A DNA stretch of 64,000 nt from Lingula anatina (GCA_051362555.1 CM120646.1:17112001-17176000); one strand, 5' to 3'; counted from the first letter of the stretch, positions 13,481-26,754 are shown. Notes: a model not told the origin generated them from the sequence alone. A program made the numbers and translations.

Positions 13481-16400
13481 AACTAGAGGATCAGAGAGGC
13501 GATACCGCCTCCGAATATTGTACCACCAGCTGGAGCAAGCGCATTCGTATAGACCCCCACATACACAAAGTAAGGGACACAGCCACCAGTCTTGTGCTTG
13601 ACAAGCTGTAAAAATGCAATCAACAAGAATTTTCAAAATATGCAAAAATTTTTTTTTATTTTAAAATGGTACAATCAAAGTTAATTCATCGTAAGGTAGG
13701 TCAAAGGTCAATTTCAAGGTCACAGTAAATTTCCAGTATATGACTTCCTTTTCAAGTTTAATAGTAACTATGGACCTATCTCTGCCAGTTTTGGAGATAA
13801 AAGGGAATCAAAATTTGCAAAGTTCAGTTCATGGTGAAAAGTAGGTCAAAGGTCAATTTCAAGGTCACAGTAAGATTGCCAGTATATGACTTCCTATTCA
13901 ACTTCAATAGTAACTATGGACCTATCTCTGCCAGTTTTGGAGATAAAATGGAAGAAAAATTTACAAAGTTCAGTTCATGGTGAAAAGTAGGTCAAAGGTC
14001 AATTTCAAGGTCACAGTAAGATTGCCAGTATATGACTTCCTATTCAACTTCAATAGTAACTATGGACCTATCTCTGCCAGTTTTGGAGATATAAGGGACT
14101 AAATGTTATAATTTTGGAGTTACCATAATGTGCCATAAATTTCCTACAGAAAAAATTAATTAAAATAAAGAAAAGGTAATTTTGGTCAAAATTCTTGAAA
14201 TGGGAAGTGTCTTGAAGTTCGAGATGTTAAAATTTGATGATATAATGTCATTTTTGACCATGAGTTGTCTGCTTTGCCAAGCCTTATGTTTTATTTTTCT
14301 GGAGTTCAAAATTTATTATCCATTACCGTACTGCACATTTTGCTTTCACCACCAATATATACTTTTTGATACAGCGTAACTTTGGAGATAGAAGGGAAGC
14401 AAAATTTGCAAGTTCAGTTCATGGTGGAAAGTAGGTCAAAGGTCAATTTTAAGGTCACATTTAGATTGCCAGTATATGACTTCCTATTCAACTTCAATAG
14501 TAACTATGGACCTATCTCTGCCAGTTTTGGAGATAAAAGGGAAGCAAAATTTACAAAGTTCAGTTTATGGTGAAAAGTAGGTCAAAGGTCAATTTTAAGG
14601 ACACAGTAAGATTGCCAGTATATGACTTCCTATTCAACTTCAATAGTAACTATGGACATATCTCTGCCAGTTTTGGAGATAAAAGGGAAGCAAAATTTGC
14701 AAAGTTCAGTTCATAGTGAAAAGTAGGTCAAAGATCAATTTAAAGATCACAGTAAGATTGCCAGTATATGACTTCCTATTCAACTTCAATAGTAACTATG
14801 GACCTATCTCTGCCAGTTTTGGAGATATAAGGGACTAAATGTTATAATTTTGGAGTTACCATAATGTGCCATAAATTTCCTACAGAAAAAAATAATTAAA
14901 ATAAAGAAAAGGTCATTTTGGTCAAAATTCTTGAAATGGGAGGTGCTCTGAAGTTCGAGATGTTCAAATTTGATGAAATAATGTTATTTTTTTTTGACCA
15001 CAAGTTGTCTGCTTCGCCAAGCCTTATGTTTTATTTTTCTGGAGTTCAAAATTTATTATCCATTACCGTACTGCACATTTTGCTTTCACCACCAATATGT
15101 ACTTTTTGATACAGCGTAACTTTGGAGATAAAAGGGAAACAAAATTTGCAAAGTTCAGTTCATGGTGAAAAGTAGGTAAAAGGTCAATTTTAAGGTCACA
15201 TTTAGATTGCCAGTATATGACTTCCTATTCAAGTTCTATAGTAACTATGGACCTATCTCTGCCAGTTTTGGAGATAAAAGGGAATCAAAATTTGCAAAGT
15301 TCAGTTCATGGTGAAAAGTAGGTCAAAGGTCAATTTCAAGGTCACAGTAAGATTGCCAGTATATGACTTCCTATTCAAGTTCAATAGTAACTATGGACCT
15401 ATCTCTGCCAGTTTTGGAGATAAAAGGGAAGCAAAATTTACAAAGTTCAGTTCATGGTGAATAGTAGGTCAAAGGTCAATTTCAAGGTCACATTTAGATT
15501 GCCAGTATATGACTTCCTATTCAAGTTCAATAGTAACTATGGACCTATCTCTGCCAGTTTTGGAGATAAAAGGGAAGCAAAATTTGCAAAGTTCAGTTCA
15601 TGGTGAAAAGTAGGTCAAAGGTCAATTTTAAGGACACATTTAGATTGCCAGTATATGACTTCCTATTCAAGTTCAATAGTAACTATGGACATATCTCTGC
15701 CAGTTTTGTAGATAAAAGGGAAGCAAAATTTGCAAAGTTCAGTTCATGGTGAAAAGTAGGTCAAAGGTCAATTTCAAGGTCACAGTAAGATTGCCAGTAT
15801 ATGACTTCCTATTCAACTTCAATAGTAACTATGGACCTATCTCTGCCAGTTTTGGAGATATAAGGGACTAAATGTTATAATTTTGGAGTTACCATAATGT
15901 GCCATAAATTTCCTACAGAAAAAAATTAATTAAAATAAAGAAAAGGTAATTTTGGTCAAAATTCTTGAAATGGGAGGTGCTCTGAAGTTCCAGAAGTTCA
16001 AATTTGATGAAATAATGTTATTTTTGACCATGAGTTGTCTGCTTTGCCAAGCCTTATATATATTTTTTTCTGGAGTTCAAAATTTATTATCCATTACCGT
16101 ACTGCACATTTTGCTTTCACCACCAATATGTACTTTTTGATACAGCGTAACTCGAAAACCGTATGGAATACAAAAAAACGGAGACCACCTCCAGTGTTGG
16201 GCTTTACATGCTCTACAAAATGCAAAAAAGAATGGGTCTCTAGCATTAACGGTTCCCGAATTAGAGACAGTTTTCAGTTTCAGTATCTTATGGCTGCTAC
16301 TCCCGTGAAAATGCACCGATTGACCCCAAATTCACGGAGATGAAAGATGACCTGAAGGGTAACAACTTCCAATAATATTTTTGGTTAAGTCTGTGTGGTG

Positions 16401-16853
16401 TCTGAATAACAGGGCAAATAATTTTTTTTTCGTAAAAAAATTAATTTTTTTGAAAATTTTGGCCCGTTTGACCTTGAAATAAAGGTCAAAGGTCAAATCC
16501 AAGGGCATATTTGAAATCTACACATATGACTTTCGGAAAGCCGTCTGTAGAAATTTTTCCCATAATTCCTTCCGTAGGGTAGATAATTAGCATTTAATTT
16601 TGCCATTTTTAGACAAGGGTGCATTGCAATGAGTGCCACACCTAGACCCCAATACCGACAAAGCCCAAATTTTACGTGGAACGAGTTGAGATTATAGGTG
16701 ACCTAAATCCAAGAGATGGGTACGGGGGCCCTTACCGTCTAGGAGGAGAAGCGGTAACGGTAGCCGTCCGGCGGAGCCGGCGGAGCCGGCGGAACGATCC
16801 GGACGGGACCGAAACCATGTGTACCGCCAGCGCTAACGCTGGTGGTACAATAA
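13481..16853 (-). mobile_element. Helentron/DINE-1-like non-autonomous element (HINE) carrying a satellite array
   Basis: subTIR tattgtaccaccagc (13516-13530) vs gctggtggtacaata (16838-16852) with adjacent inverted copy; terminal hairpin gaggcg-atac-cgcctc; GC-rich microsatellite-like tract 16765-16810; internal tandem repeats. Confidence 0.75.
13690..16150. repeat. Higher-order tandem array: 146-bp unit A and about 300-bp unit B, arranged A3-B-A3-B-A5-B
   Basis: taggtcaaaggtca-like anchor at 13697, 13842, 13988, 14432, 14578, 14724, 15173, 15319, 15465, 15611, 15757. Confidence 0.92.
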
Positions 16854-16989
16854 GTTTCAAATTTTATGTTACACAGGGTTTCATCAAGTCACCCACCTTT
16901 ATAATTAGTTATGTAACTTAATAGTGTCTGATTAACTTTTAAATGATACCTCATGTGAACTGAAGTAGTGTCTTGATTGGTCAACTCAC

Positions 16990-17096
16990 CCCTTGACTTT
17001 GTGGCGCCATCTGTGGGGGAGGTGGTTGGTAGCCGTACCCTCCAGGCGATCTTTCAGGCTCCTGTGCTGCATAATATTGCGTGCTTACAGGGGGCG
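16990..17096 (-). CDS. LASP1: LASP linker exon (Pro/Gln/Tyr-rich)
   Basis: atttcag / gtgagt; (A)PPVSTQYYAAQEPERSPGGYGYQPPPPQMAPQSQG; phase 1 to 0, joins the SH3 exon. Confidence 0.85.
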
Positions 17097-19830
17097 CTGA
17101 AATTGATATAAAATGATCAAATTCTATTTCATTGTTATTTGTAAATAATTTACATGTGCACATAGCATGAATGTAAGATTTGCCATTTTTGTTACCATGG
17201 TAACTTACATGATAACATCTGTAACATAGTACCAACACGACAATTTTGGTATTGAAAAGTAGGAAAAATTATAAAAGAGAAATGTGTTATCTGTACGTGA
17301 AAAATTCACAGTTCAGCCTGTAACTGAAAACTGCATATTGTTGATGCTATTTGGTAAAAAGTTTCTGCAATAAAGAAAAAACCCACACAGTTTTGTCTTA
17401 CATGAGAGTTCACTGGAAATAAAAATGGAACCGAATTAAAAATAATTTAAAAAGAAAATTTAGATTGCTAGCAAAAATGTGTAGTTTGAAGATTAATATC
17501 TTTAGTACACTTTTATCTGTAGAATCTAGCCTTTCCAAGTAAAGACATCAGAAATGAAAGATGAAAAACAAAAGGACCAAGCATGTTTCAGAGAGACATG
17601 CACAATACAATTACAATTCTGACAAAGTACACCTAACACAATTGTTTCAATATGACTTAAATTCTAATCAAGAATTTCTCTTGAAAAAAAAAAAAACTAA
17701 TTTCATTTTATTATATATTAAAATGTATAAAGGATAACTGAATAGAAAGCATTTGCATTTAACTAATGGGGAAATAATTAACAGAAGTCAATTCTCAAAT
17801 CAGGAGGGGCAACCAAGTTTTCGAACAATTCAAGATTCATGAAAAATCATGCAATGGTATCTAATATTAGTTAGAATATTAGAGAATAACACATCTATCA
17901 AACCTATGCAGAACATACAGTTGCAATGTTTCACACATGGGATTTCTCCCCATTTTTTATGCCCCAGCAGCCAAAGACTGGTGTTCAGCTTCGTCATTAG
18001 TTCACATTTTACACAATGTTGCAACAAACCCATTTTAAAAATATTATACATTGCATCCAACTATACACTTAATTCATGAACATTTTTTTTATAAAAAAAG
18101 CACAAAAATTTCACAACGGTCCACAAAAGAATATAAGCCGTCTCTCATAAATGTGAAAAATGTCATGCCTAAATGAACACAACTGATGAAATGAGGATTC
18201 AAAAAGAAGTCACGAGACTCATGAACAGGACAGAAAGAAAACATTTAACACCGATAAAAGATATGTGCAGGTAATTTAACATTGGAAGTTCATTACAAAC
18301 ACAAGAAGCAAAATGTAAAAAAAAAAGGTTTCTGCTTGCAAAATCTGAAAAAGAATAAATCTACCTCTACCTAATGAAGCCAAAATGACATGCTACAAGT
18401 CCCTTCAATTTTGTTGGCACCTTCAGTTTGATGACAGCTACAAAATTGACAAAACTCTTGCAGTGTAAAGTCACTCAGTCTTCTACCTGAATTTTGATTC
18501 CAAAGTATATTTGTATTACTGAGAGAGAGAGGAGAAAGAGAGACCAAATGACTTGCAGTATGTCAAAATGCTTCCATTCTCATATCTTTCAATTTAAAGC
18601 TATTAATATTTCAAATGCAGTTATGTGTATTTAGTGTTAGTTGAATTCTCCTGAAAAGGGGGAAGCAACTTGCTGGGTGCAGGCAGTGATAGTTTCTCAA
18701 CTCCACTAAGCTAGGCACTATAAAACTGGAATAAAAATGTCAAAATAACTATAGACAACAGCATAGAATGGGGTTGAGCTGGAAGGGGCAGGGATGCTTA
18801 AACAAAAGGAATAATCACTGGTGGAAAGTTTTCAGACTTCTGTGGACTGTGGATAACTGACAGTGGTTTTATCACTTTTTCTTATTTGATTTGTCTTTTT
18901 CTGGTTGGTGAATTGCATTTACCATTTTACTCTACCAATGAAAAACAAAATGACAACTGAAATTAAAGAAAGGGACAAATATAAAATGAGAAAGGTGTGA
19001 CACGCCGGAGGGTAAAATAGATAGGGGTACAAGAAGATTAGTTTCTTGTGCACATCTAATGATGGGGTGGCTTCTTCCCTGAGGGGATGGATACGTGAAA
19101 GGTGTTTGAAGGGGGAAAAAATGAAGAAATGAAAAGATGAGGTAAATGTAGAAAAGCCTGTTTGGACGAGAAGTGAAGGGTAGAAAGACATCTATGCTGT
19201 TGTCTGAAGCAAACGGTGTCACAATTACTGCTACAACTCAAGAAATCCTGCATATCCCAGCATGCCATGGGGAGAAAAAGCCCCCCCGACCTACTGACCC
19301 CTTGGGTTGAAGGCCACTGGATTCCAACTGTAAAAGGTCTTGCCAAAATCTTCAGAAAACCAGAAAAAAAGAAGTTCTTAATATTGAAGTACAAGCATTA
19401 AAAAAACCTAAAAAAGAATGCATATGTAAACGGCACAATTTATTACAGCAAAAGTTAAGTCAATTTTATTTCAGACCCATTTCATATCTTGCATTACACT
19501 TATCTGTATGGAAACACTTAACACTGGTCTTAACATATGATCATTATACACAGTTTTTGGCTCCCCTTAACAAGTTTCCTTCCAATAGTTTGGACCAATC
19601 AAAATGAAGCTTGTTTCCTAGCTGTGTTGAGCATGGGGGCTCCACTCTGGCAACTCTTTTATGCAACACAGGTATATAGATACAGATAAATGGAATGTGC
19701 AATGAGAAAAGGGCCTGTCTAATTTCAATTTCTTCACTTAATAATATACACCAGGGACTAATTACCTGAATAACTGTATAATGTCATGTATTTCACAATA
19801 TACAGAGATCTATGATATCCCTCTTAAAAG

Positions 19831-19833
<3 letters not shown>

Positions 19834-19879
<46 letters not shown>
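19834..19879. repeat. (TA)n microsatellite
   Basis: Direct reading. Confidence 0.95.
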
Positions 19880-19881
<2 letters not shown>

Positions 19882-20094
19882 GGTTTGAAAATACAGAATA
19901 TTAAGGTATGCAAAATAATTAATTTCCTATATAATATATTATGCAATAATCATATTGCAACAAGATAGGTACCCAGTTGCTGGTGCTAAGCAGAAGCACA
20001 TCAGAAGCATAAATACATGAATATATCTCTCGGCTATTCATTATATAGTAATAAAGCTGTCTCCCACACAGTATCTGTTCCAGTCCTATATTGT

Positions 20095-20106
<12 letters not shown>

Positions 20107-20137
<31 letters not shown>

Positions 20138-20148
20138 GGGGGGGGGGG
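20107..20148. repeat. Poly-G tract
   Basis: About 40 G with one A interruption. Confidence 0.9.
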
Positions 20149-20539
20149 TAATTGGCCTGCTATATTGTGCCAAAAAGAGTTTTATGTAGCATTATCCACT
20201 GAAAGAACAGCAACTGAAAGAGAACCACACTGTAACTTTGGTGTTTTAAGCTCTGTGTTTAAAGGTCCTACAATTCGAAAGAATGCATATTTTCAACTTT
20301 GAACCTCACCCAAAGCAATCCAGGGCACACCTGAAACAATTGTTTGTCAAATAGGCATGTCTATCCAAATAGATGGAAGTCTAGAAAAGACCTGTGTTCA
20401 GAGACAGTAAATGCAGCTTCACATTCCTCATACAGATGTAAGCACTGTTGGAGGCTAATACAGGTGGGTTAAGGGAAGGGGTGGTCATGGAAAAGAATTC
20501 CTGGCAAATTTCATTTCATAAATTACAGAGATGTGGATA

Positions 20540-20745
20540 ATCTTTTCAATCAATTTAATGTCAGTGATCCTCCCCTCTGTCAATCAATGTATAAGCGATC
20601 CTCTCTGTTGATCAATGCTACAGTGATCTTCCTTTGGGTTGATCAAATGACCCTCCCTCTGTCAATCAATGTAACAGTGACCCTCTCCTCTGTCAATCAA
20701 TGCCACCCCCCTCAAATTAATGGCACAGTGATTCTCACCCCTAAA
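20540..20745. repeat. Degenerate minisatellite, about 30-bp unit (tcaatcaatg...cagtga.cctc)
   Basis: Six to seven recurring gtcaatcaatg / cagtgatc motifs. Confidence 0.6.
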
Positions 20746-21791
20746 TTATTGAACTAAATTAAAATTTCTGTATAACCAAACCAGCTTTATCAAAATAATC
20801 AATAGAACAAAAAGTAACTCACTTCTTATCATCACCTAATGACTTACATAGCAAAATATCAACTGAATTCCATACATAGCACATTTATAATCCCACTCAG
20901 CCTCTCTGGTTTTGTGTTAACATCTAAAGCAATGATTTATGATCCAACAGCCAAAAAGAAATTCACCTTACATCTATGTTTACTTAAATTAATATATTTA
21001 TATGACTCTATTCCTCATTTTCCTCTATGAGCCATTTATTGATGTTTATGATCTTCCCAGAATTTGTAGCAAAATATACCGAGCTTTTTAACCATCTCAT
21101 GCAGCAGACGGCATATTTTTGCATATTTGCAATATGATCATACAAACAATTGCTGAAATTTCATGATAATTTTCACTGATTAATTATAATTATTATTTCA
21201 ATTACAATTGAGATTTTTAAACCAAACTGTTGAAATTTTCAAGATGCAGACTGCGCACTTGCCTAACAGGTAATGGCAAGATTTTTTTTCTCTTTTAAAG
21301 ACACTAACTACTTTGACTGAATCTTTGCCAGCAGTGTAGGGCCTCTATTGTTTAACTCAACTTTGCATGCATTTAATGTTAAACATGGAGAGTGTTGAAG
21401 AAAAAATTACATCTGCACCTTGAATATTTCATTATCAATTTTCAACACGCTTATATGTAAAGAGTAGAAGATTAACAAGATATTTCAGAAAAAGAAATTT
21501 GAAAATTGATAATTTTACATCATGCAAAATTATGCCACCTTGCTTTGCTGTAAGCAAAAGGGTTTGATATAATCAATTTCCATAGAATTAGGCAATATTA
21601 AGACGACTTGCTTTTTTATAATGCCATGCAGTTTAATCTCCCTTGTCTTCAATGTTATATATTGAGATTTCCACATCCAATTGCAGATCAATGGAAAGCC
21701 ATTTAACATTCAAACCACAAGAATAAAAATGAATAATAATGAAGACAAGGGAGTTTATTTGCCATGATATCTGACATTGGTAAATTCATAC

Positions 21792-22072
21792 TTGTTTCCA
21801 AGAATCAGCGTGATTTCCCCAGATCCCTGGCTCGTGTGTGGTTCCATTCCATAAGATCAACCTACCTTCTTGTAGAACATCCTCGATTCCAAGCTCCGAG
21901 TCTCCAATCTGGCCCTCTCCTAAATCTACAGGCTCGAGACAAGCATCAATTTCATTTTCTGTTTCATTATCAAGAGTTTCAACTGTATCAGGTGTCTCAT
22001 CAATAAGAGCTGGTTCAGATTTAGGAAGAGGCTCAGATATTTCAGGAGGCTCTGATTCAGTCAAAGGCTCTT
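21792..22072 (-). CDS. LASP1: Putative alternative acidic LASP exon (mutually exclusive or terminal; stop at 21786 if unspliced)
   Basis: ttaactttag acceptor in phase 1; open acidic frame EEPLTESEPPEISEPLPK...WKQ; CAA/gtatga possible donor. Confidence 0.5.
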
Positions 22073-22363
22073 CTAAAGTTAAAATAGTCAAAATGCTAAA
22101 TACTTATTCCATTAAATATTCTTTTAACTACTTGTAGGCTGCAGTGAATTTCTCAACATGGTGAACCTTTCTCTTAATACAGAAACTATACCTCTTTTGC
22201 ACAAGTTTTTACTTTACTTAAATGTTAGGTGTTAGGCAATAACAACCACTGTTAGTAAGTCAAACCATCTGTTTTCTTTCCCTTTCCCCTACCATTAGTA
22301 CTTTAAATCTTTTGAAAGTCAACATTTTTGATAAAAGAGATACTTGTATGAAATGTTTCATAC

Positions 22364-22468
22364 CTTGCTCTTGCTGCTGGACATAACCGCCACTGGGGCG
22401 TACGGGCTGATGCTGGGGCGATGATGGCGGCGGAGGCTGGTACTGCTGCGGTGGAGGCTGCTGATAGC
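22364..22468 (-). CDS. LASP1: LASP linker exon
   Basis: ctatag / gtatga; (G)YQQPPPQQYQPPPPSSPQHQPVRPSGGYVQQQEQ; 105 bp, phase 1-1. Confidence 0.85.
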
Positions 22469-22958
22469 CTATAGTAGGTAGATAAAAACAGCATGAAAAT
22501 AATCAGGATTGTAACCTTGTAAATATTCCACATTTTTCCCCTTTTTCATGTTTAAGGGGGAAAATAATTTAACAAGTTTTCATTCATATTTCTCTTCTTT
22601 GTAATCCTAAAATAAACTCATTATGTGATGTCATGTTGGTTTTATTTATTTATTATTTATTTTTTTTTATAGCCAAATACATCTGTCTTTATTTCCTATT
22701 TATTTGTGAAAATATGCATACACATCTCTTGGTAATTTCCATGTGAAAACAGTCGACAAAATAAAATAAAATAAAAAATGAAATTAAAAAGTAGGACAGA
22801 GTGGGGCAGGAGGAATATAGGTGCAAGGGGTTAACACATGTTTAAGGTCCTAAAAGGGGCAAACAAAAGACAAAGCATTAACACCATTTTATGAAAAAAA
22901 AAAAAAAAACAAAAAAAAAACAAAGAAAAACATTTACAAATGAAAATGAGCTGTGCTT

Positions 22959-25900
22959 AACAAGACAACAAGGCAGCAAAGCTGTCAAATGTACAGACAA
23001 AAAGCAGACAATAACAATGCACAAAATAGGCCACTGTCAATTCTGATGCAAAAGTACATTATGCCTAACTGCAAATTCAACATCAAATTTTAATTATGCT
23101 CAACAGGTAATACCAATGTAAGTGAAATGTGTAACAAGCGTAAGGCTTCAGGCCCATGGGAGTACTAGTTCACACTTTGAAAATGCCAGAATGAGAAAAA
23201 TGAAAATTTCACATAAAACTGCTTAAATTCAATAATAAATGATAACCCATTTGAGCTGGCTTTCTTATTTGAACTGCATGCCAATCCTACAAATCATACT
23301 TGTAAGTTGAAAATAATAATAAGTAACACAGTTTTCTTTTCATAATGTTTGTAGTAGCAGTGCAAAAAGATTTTTGTCAATTTTGATGTAACATTACATA
23401 ATAAATTACAGAATAATTATCACCAATTTTTGATTATTAACTATAAATAGCATGGACATGTAGAAAATTTGATTACCATTTGGCTTCATGTCCATGGGAG
23501 CTTCGAGTCCCACAATGAATATGCCAACATGATAAAAATAAATATTTCACTAAAAAGAAGCCAATTAGACTGCTTTTCCAACTCAGGCTGCATTTTAGTC
23601 CTTTGTTTCTTTTTTGAAAGTTTGACAATCATAAGTAACGTGGTTTTCCCATAATGGTCATCATGGCAGCAGCACCCAAAATTGTGTTTTCTTCTATTTT
23701 AATGCAATATTACATAATGCTTGACAGCATATAACCATCAGTTTTTAATAATAAAAGATCCGTATCATGGATTTTCAGAAAATGTGACTAGCATGGGTCT
23801 TAGAGCCCGTGGAGGTTCTAAGTCACACCTTGAAAATGCCAATATGTGAAAAATTAAATTTTCACAAAAGACTGATTAACTGCCAGAAAAATTTACCAAA
23901 TAGACTACATTGCCCACTGAAGCTTTATTTAAGTCCCATGTTTCTTCCTGTAAGTTTGAGAACAGTATGTGACATGGTTTTCCTTAAGGATGTAGATAAC
24001 AGGGGTAGCTATCTTCTAAACCGCCCAAGATATACCAACATGTTACATATCAATAGAAAGCTTATTTCAACTGCTTTTCATTTCATATCCTTATTTTATT
24101 ATGTAATCGTTACGTAATGAGATATAATGCTTAATAGGTGTGCTCAACATGATCTTTACATCTTAAAAACTAGAAGTCCACTACAAATGGACATGTGTAG
24201 ACAGCTTGACTCGTGAGCCCTCATAGGGATCAACAAGAATGCGTCTCAAATTAGCGATATGTGTTAAATTAGCAGAGATATCAAAATAAACTTGGTTTCC
24301 AGTTCAACGAGACCCCCTAGCCTAACTAAAGCATGCCTAAGTTGAAAACGGAGCTGATGTTATGAAATCCCAGACACATACTTTCAGACAAACCTTAGAT
24401 CTAACGAATGAATACCAGCTTTCATCAGTTGAGAGTTCTTATTAATTTTGACACTGGTCTAAATCGTTCTCTTGAAGCCATAAACTGAAGCGGAGAAATC
24501 AGCCTTTTAGTGCTCCCCGGAGATTCCAACGTTATATAATCAGTGAGCTGCATTGGCAAGCTGAGAAATTTAGTTATTTATACTGGTTCAGCCCTCTACT
24601 CACTGCCTATGTAACTGTCACTATGTCTTTCATCCATTTTCAACATTATTATTGAACATTTTCAACCGGAGGCCCCCTCCATGCATTGACAGCAGCCACC
24701 ATGTTAGTCGTGACGTCAGCCTTCTTCACCACGTGACACCTAGGGGGAGTGCCTTTGCCCATATACGTCTCATCTATATGTCTGCTTTTTAAAGCTTTAA
24801 TAGATCGTCAGAATTAAGTTCACTGATAAATTCAAAATGAAAAGTATGTGAAAGGTAAGCATCAATCTAGTACGGGAAATATACAGCTGCACAGTGGAGC
24901 TGCCAATCAAACACATATATGGACAAGTGTGACCTACTTTAAAACGCAGACACGCTACCACAGGGGTAAATCAGCAATTAGGCTTACCGGTTTATTTGTA
25001 AACTTCCATTATTTTAAGATAGGCTGATATGTAGTTGATATTTCATCTATCTAATACTGACAAATTCAGAAAAACACCCAAATTTTGACAATTTACTGTT
25101 ATCTTCATCCTTAAATGGTCATCATGAGGGCAGTGTCCAAAATAGGGGTTTCTTCAAATTTTGATGCAATATTACATAATGTTTAACAGGATAATAACCA
25201 TCAATTTTTAATAATAAAATATTAATATCATGGATATTCAGAAAATGTGCCTAGCAAAGGTCTTCAGGCCCATGGAACTTCAAAGTCACACCTTGAAAAT
25301 GCCAAAATGTAGACAAGACAGCACTGTCCTGAAATGTGTTTTTTTCCATTTTTAACAATTTTTTTACATATAACAAAATTAACAATTTACTGCCATTTTT
25401 ATATGATCAACTAAGAAAATTGATGAGATGGGAAAAATATCAATAGAGCAGTGTTTAATGTCCAATTTCCTCCATTAGGAGTTTCTGAACATAGTGAATG
25501 ATTAAATCTGACAAACTGCAATGATATGAGTTTATTTCCATTTTTGAAACTCTATTATACAATACATGATACCAAGTTTACCATCATTTTTACATAATCA
25601 ACTAACAATGTTGTAAAGATGCAGGAAATGTCAAACAAACACTTTTGCGAATCTTATTAGTTAAATAATGAGACTGTTAACATGCCTAAGAATTGAATCT
25701 GAGGAAATGTGAAAAAACGGCATAACTTATAAAATAATGGCCCGATTATGCTGATTTTCGAACTTGACATGTGTTTTAGTAAGAATGATTACTCCTGTGA
25801 GTTTCATGACAACAGGCCCATCGGTTTTCCTTGAAATGTGTTAACAGTGTTGCATATATGCTAAAAAGTGAAAAAAACAGCATAACTACTAAAATAGTGG

Positions 25901-26266
25901 CCCGATCATGCCGATTTTCGAACTTGATCTGAGTCTTAGTAAGATTGATTACTCCTGTGAGTTTCATGACAACAGGCCTATCGGTTTTTCTTGAAATGTG
26001 TTAACAGTGTTGCATATATGCTAAAAAGTGAAAAAACAGCATAAATTCTACAATAATGGCCCGATCATGCTGATTTTCGAACTTGACCTGCGTTTTATGA
26101 ATATTAGTCAGCTCTGTAAATATAAAACCAAAAAGTAAAACTGTCTTCCACTTATGGTGTTAACGCTGAAAGTGCACGGCGACGGCGACGGCGACGGCGA
26201 CATGATCGGCGACGACAGACGCAGGTGATGGCAATATGTACAGACACATCTGTGTCTGTACATAAA
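22959..26266 (-). mobile_element. Second Helentron/DINE-like element with about 330-bp and about 160-bp internal tandem repeats
   Basis: subTIR atgtacagaca (22989) vs hairpin tatgtacagacac-atct-gtgtctgtacata (26235-26264); (GACGGC)n at 26176-26199; small hairpin ggcagc-aaa-gctgtc at the other end. Confidence 0.65.
23988..25110. mobile_element. Kolobok-like non-autonomous element nested in the HINE
   Basis: ttaa|ggatgtagataacag ... ctgttatcttcatcc|ttaa; flanks rejoin to restore the host 330-bp repeat unit (compare 23641-23700). Confidence 0.75.
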
Positions 26267-26646
26267 AAAGGAAAAGGTATAAATCAATTCAGAGGGATAC
26301 GCTGTAAATAATTATTCACAACAAGGTGCAATAAGCATGCTTTTGTGTGTAAGTAGATAACACCTAAAAAAAAAGAAAAATAATCAAATGAAATTACAGA
26401 ATAAAAGATGACTAAAAAAACTTTCATTTCATTTATCCAGGGTCAATTTTTCACTTGATCTTGCTCTTTACACTGCTCCTGAACTGGCCATCTTAAAACA
26501 CAATATTATGTCCATGCAAAAGAACAAACAAACAGTTTGTTGCAAAAAATTTACTTAAAAAGTAGAAAATGGGTATGGAACAAATGGGTATGAATCTATA
26601 TCATGCATGTACGTGCCTCATGCAGAGTTTTCGGAGACTACGTTAC

Positions 26647-26754
26647 CTTGCCCCGTTGAAGAAACACCACCAGCTAAGGAACCATAATTTTCATTCACCG
26701 GGTCATAATCAGCGATTGAACCTACTTTCCTGCGATCCTGAGGTTGCGTCTCAA
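26647..26754 (-). CDS. LASP1: LASP linker exon
   Basis: ctgcag / gtaacg; (V)ETQPQDRRKVGSIADYDPVNENYGSLAGGVSSTGQ; 108 bp, phase 1-1. Confidence 0.88.

Noticed and set aside
13690-16150. CRISPR-like regular repeats
   Set aside because: Whole units repeat with no unique spacers; eukaryotic intron; no cas genes
14182-16343. Repeated MVKILEMG... ORFs
   Set aside because: Products of the B repeat unit; frameshifted between copies, non-ATG starts
19919-20302. Poly-Pro / poly-Gly ORFs
   Set aside because: Translations of an intronic poly-G tract
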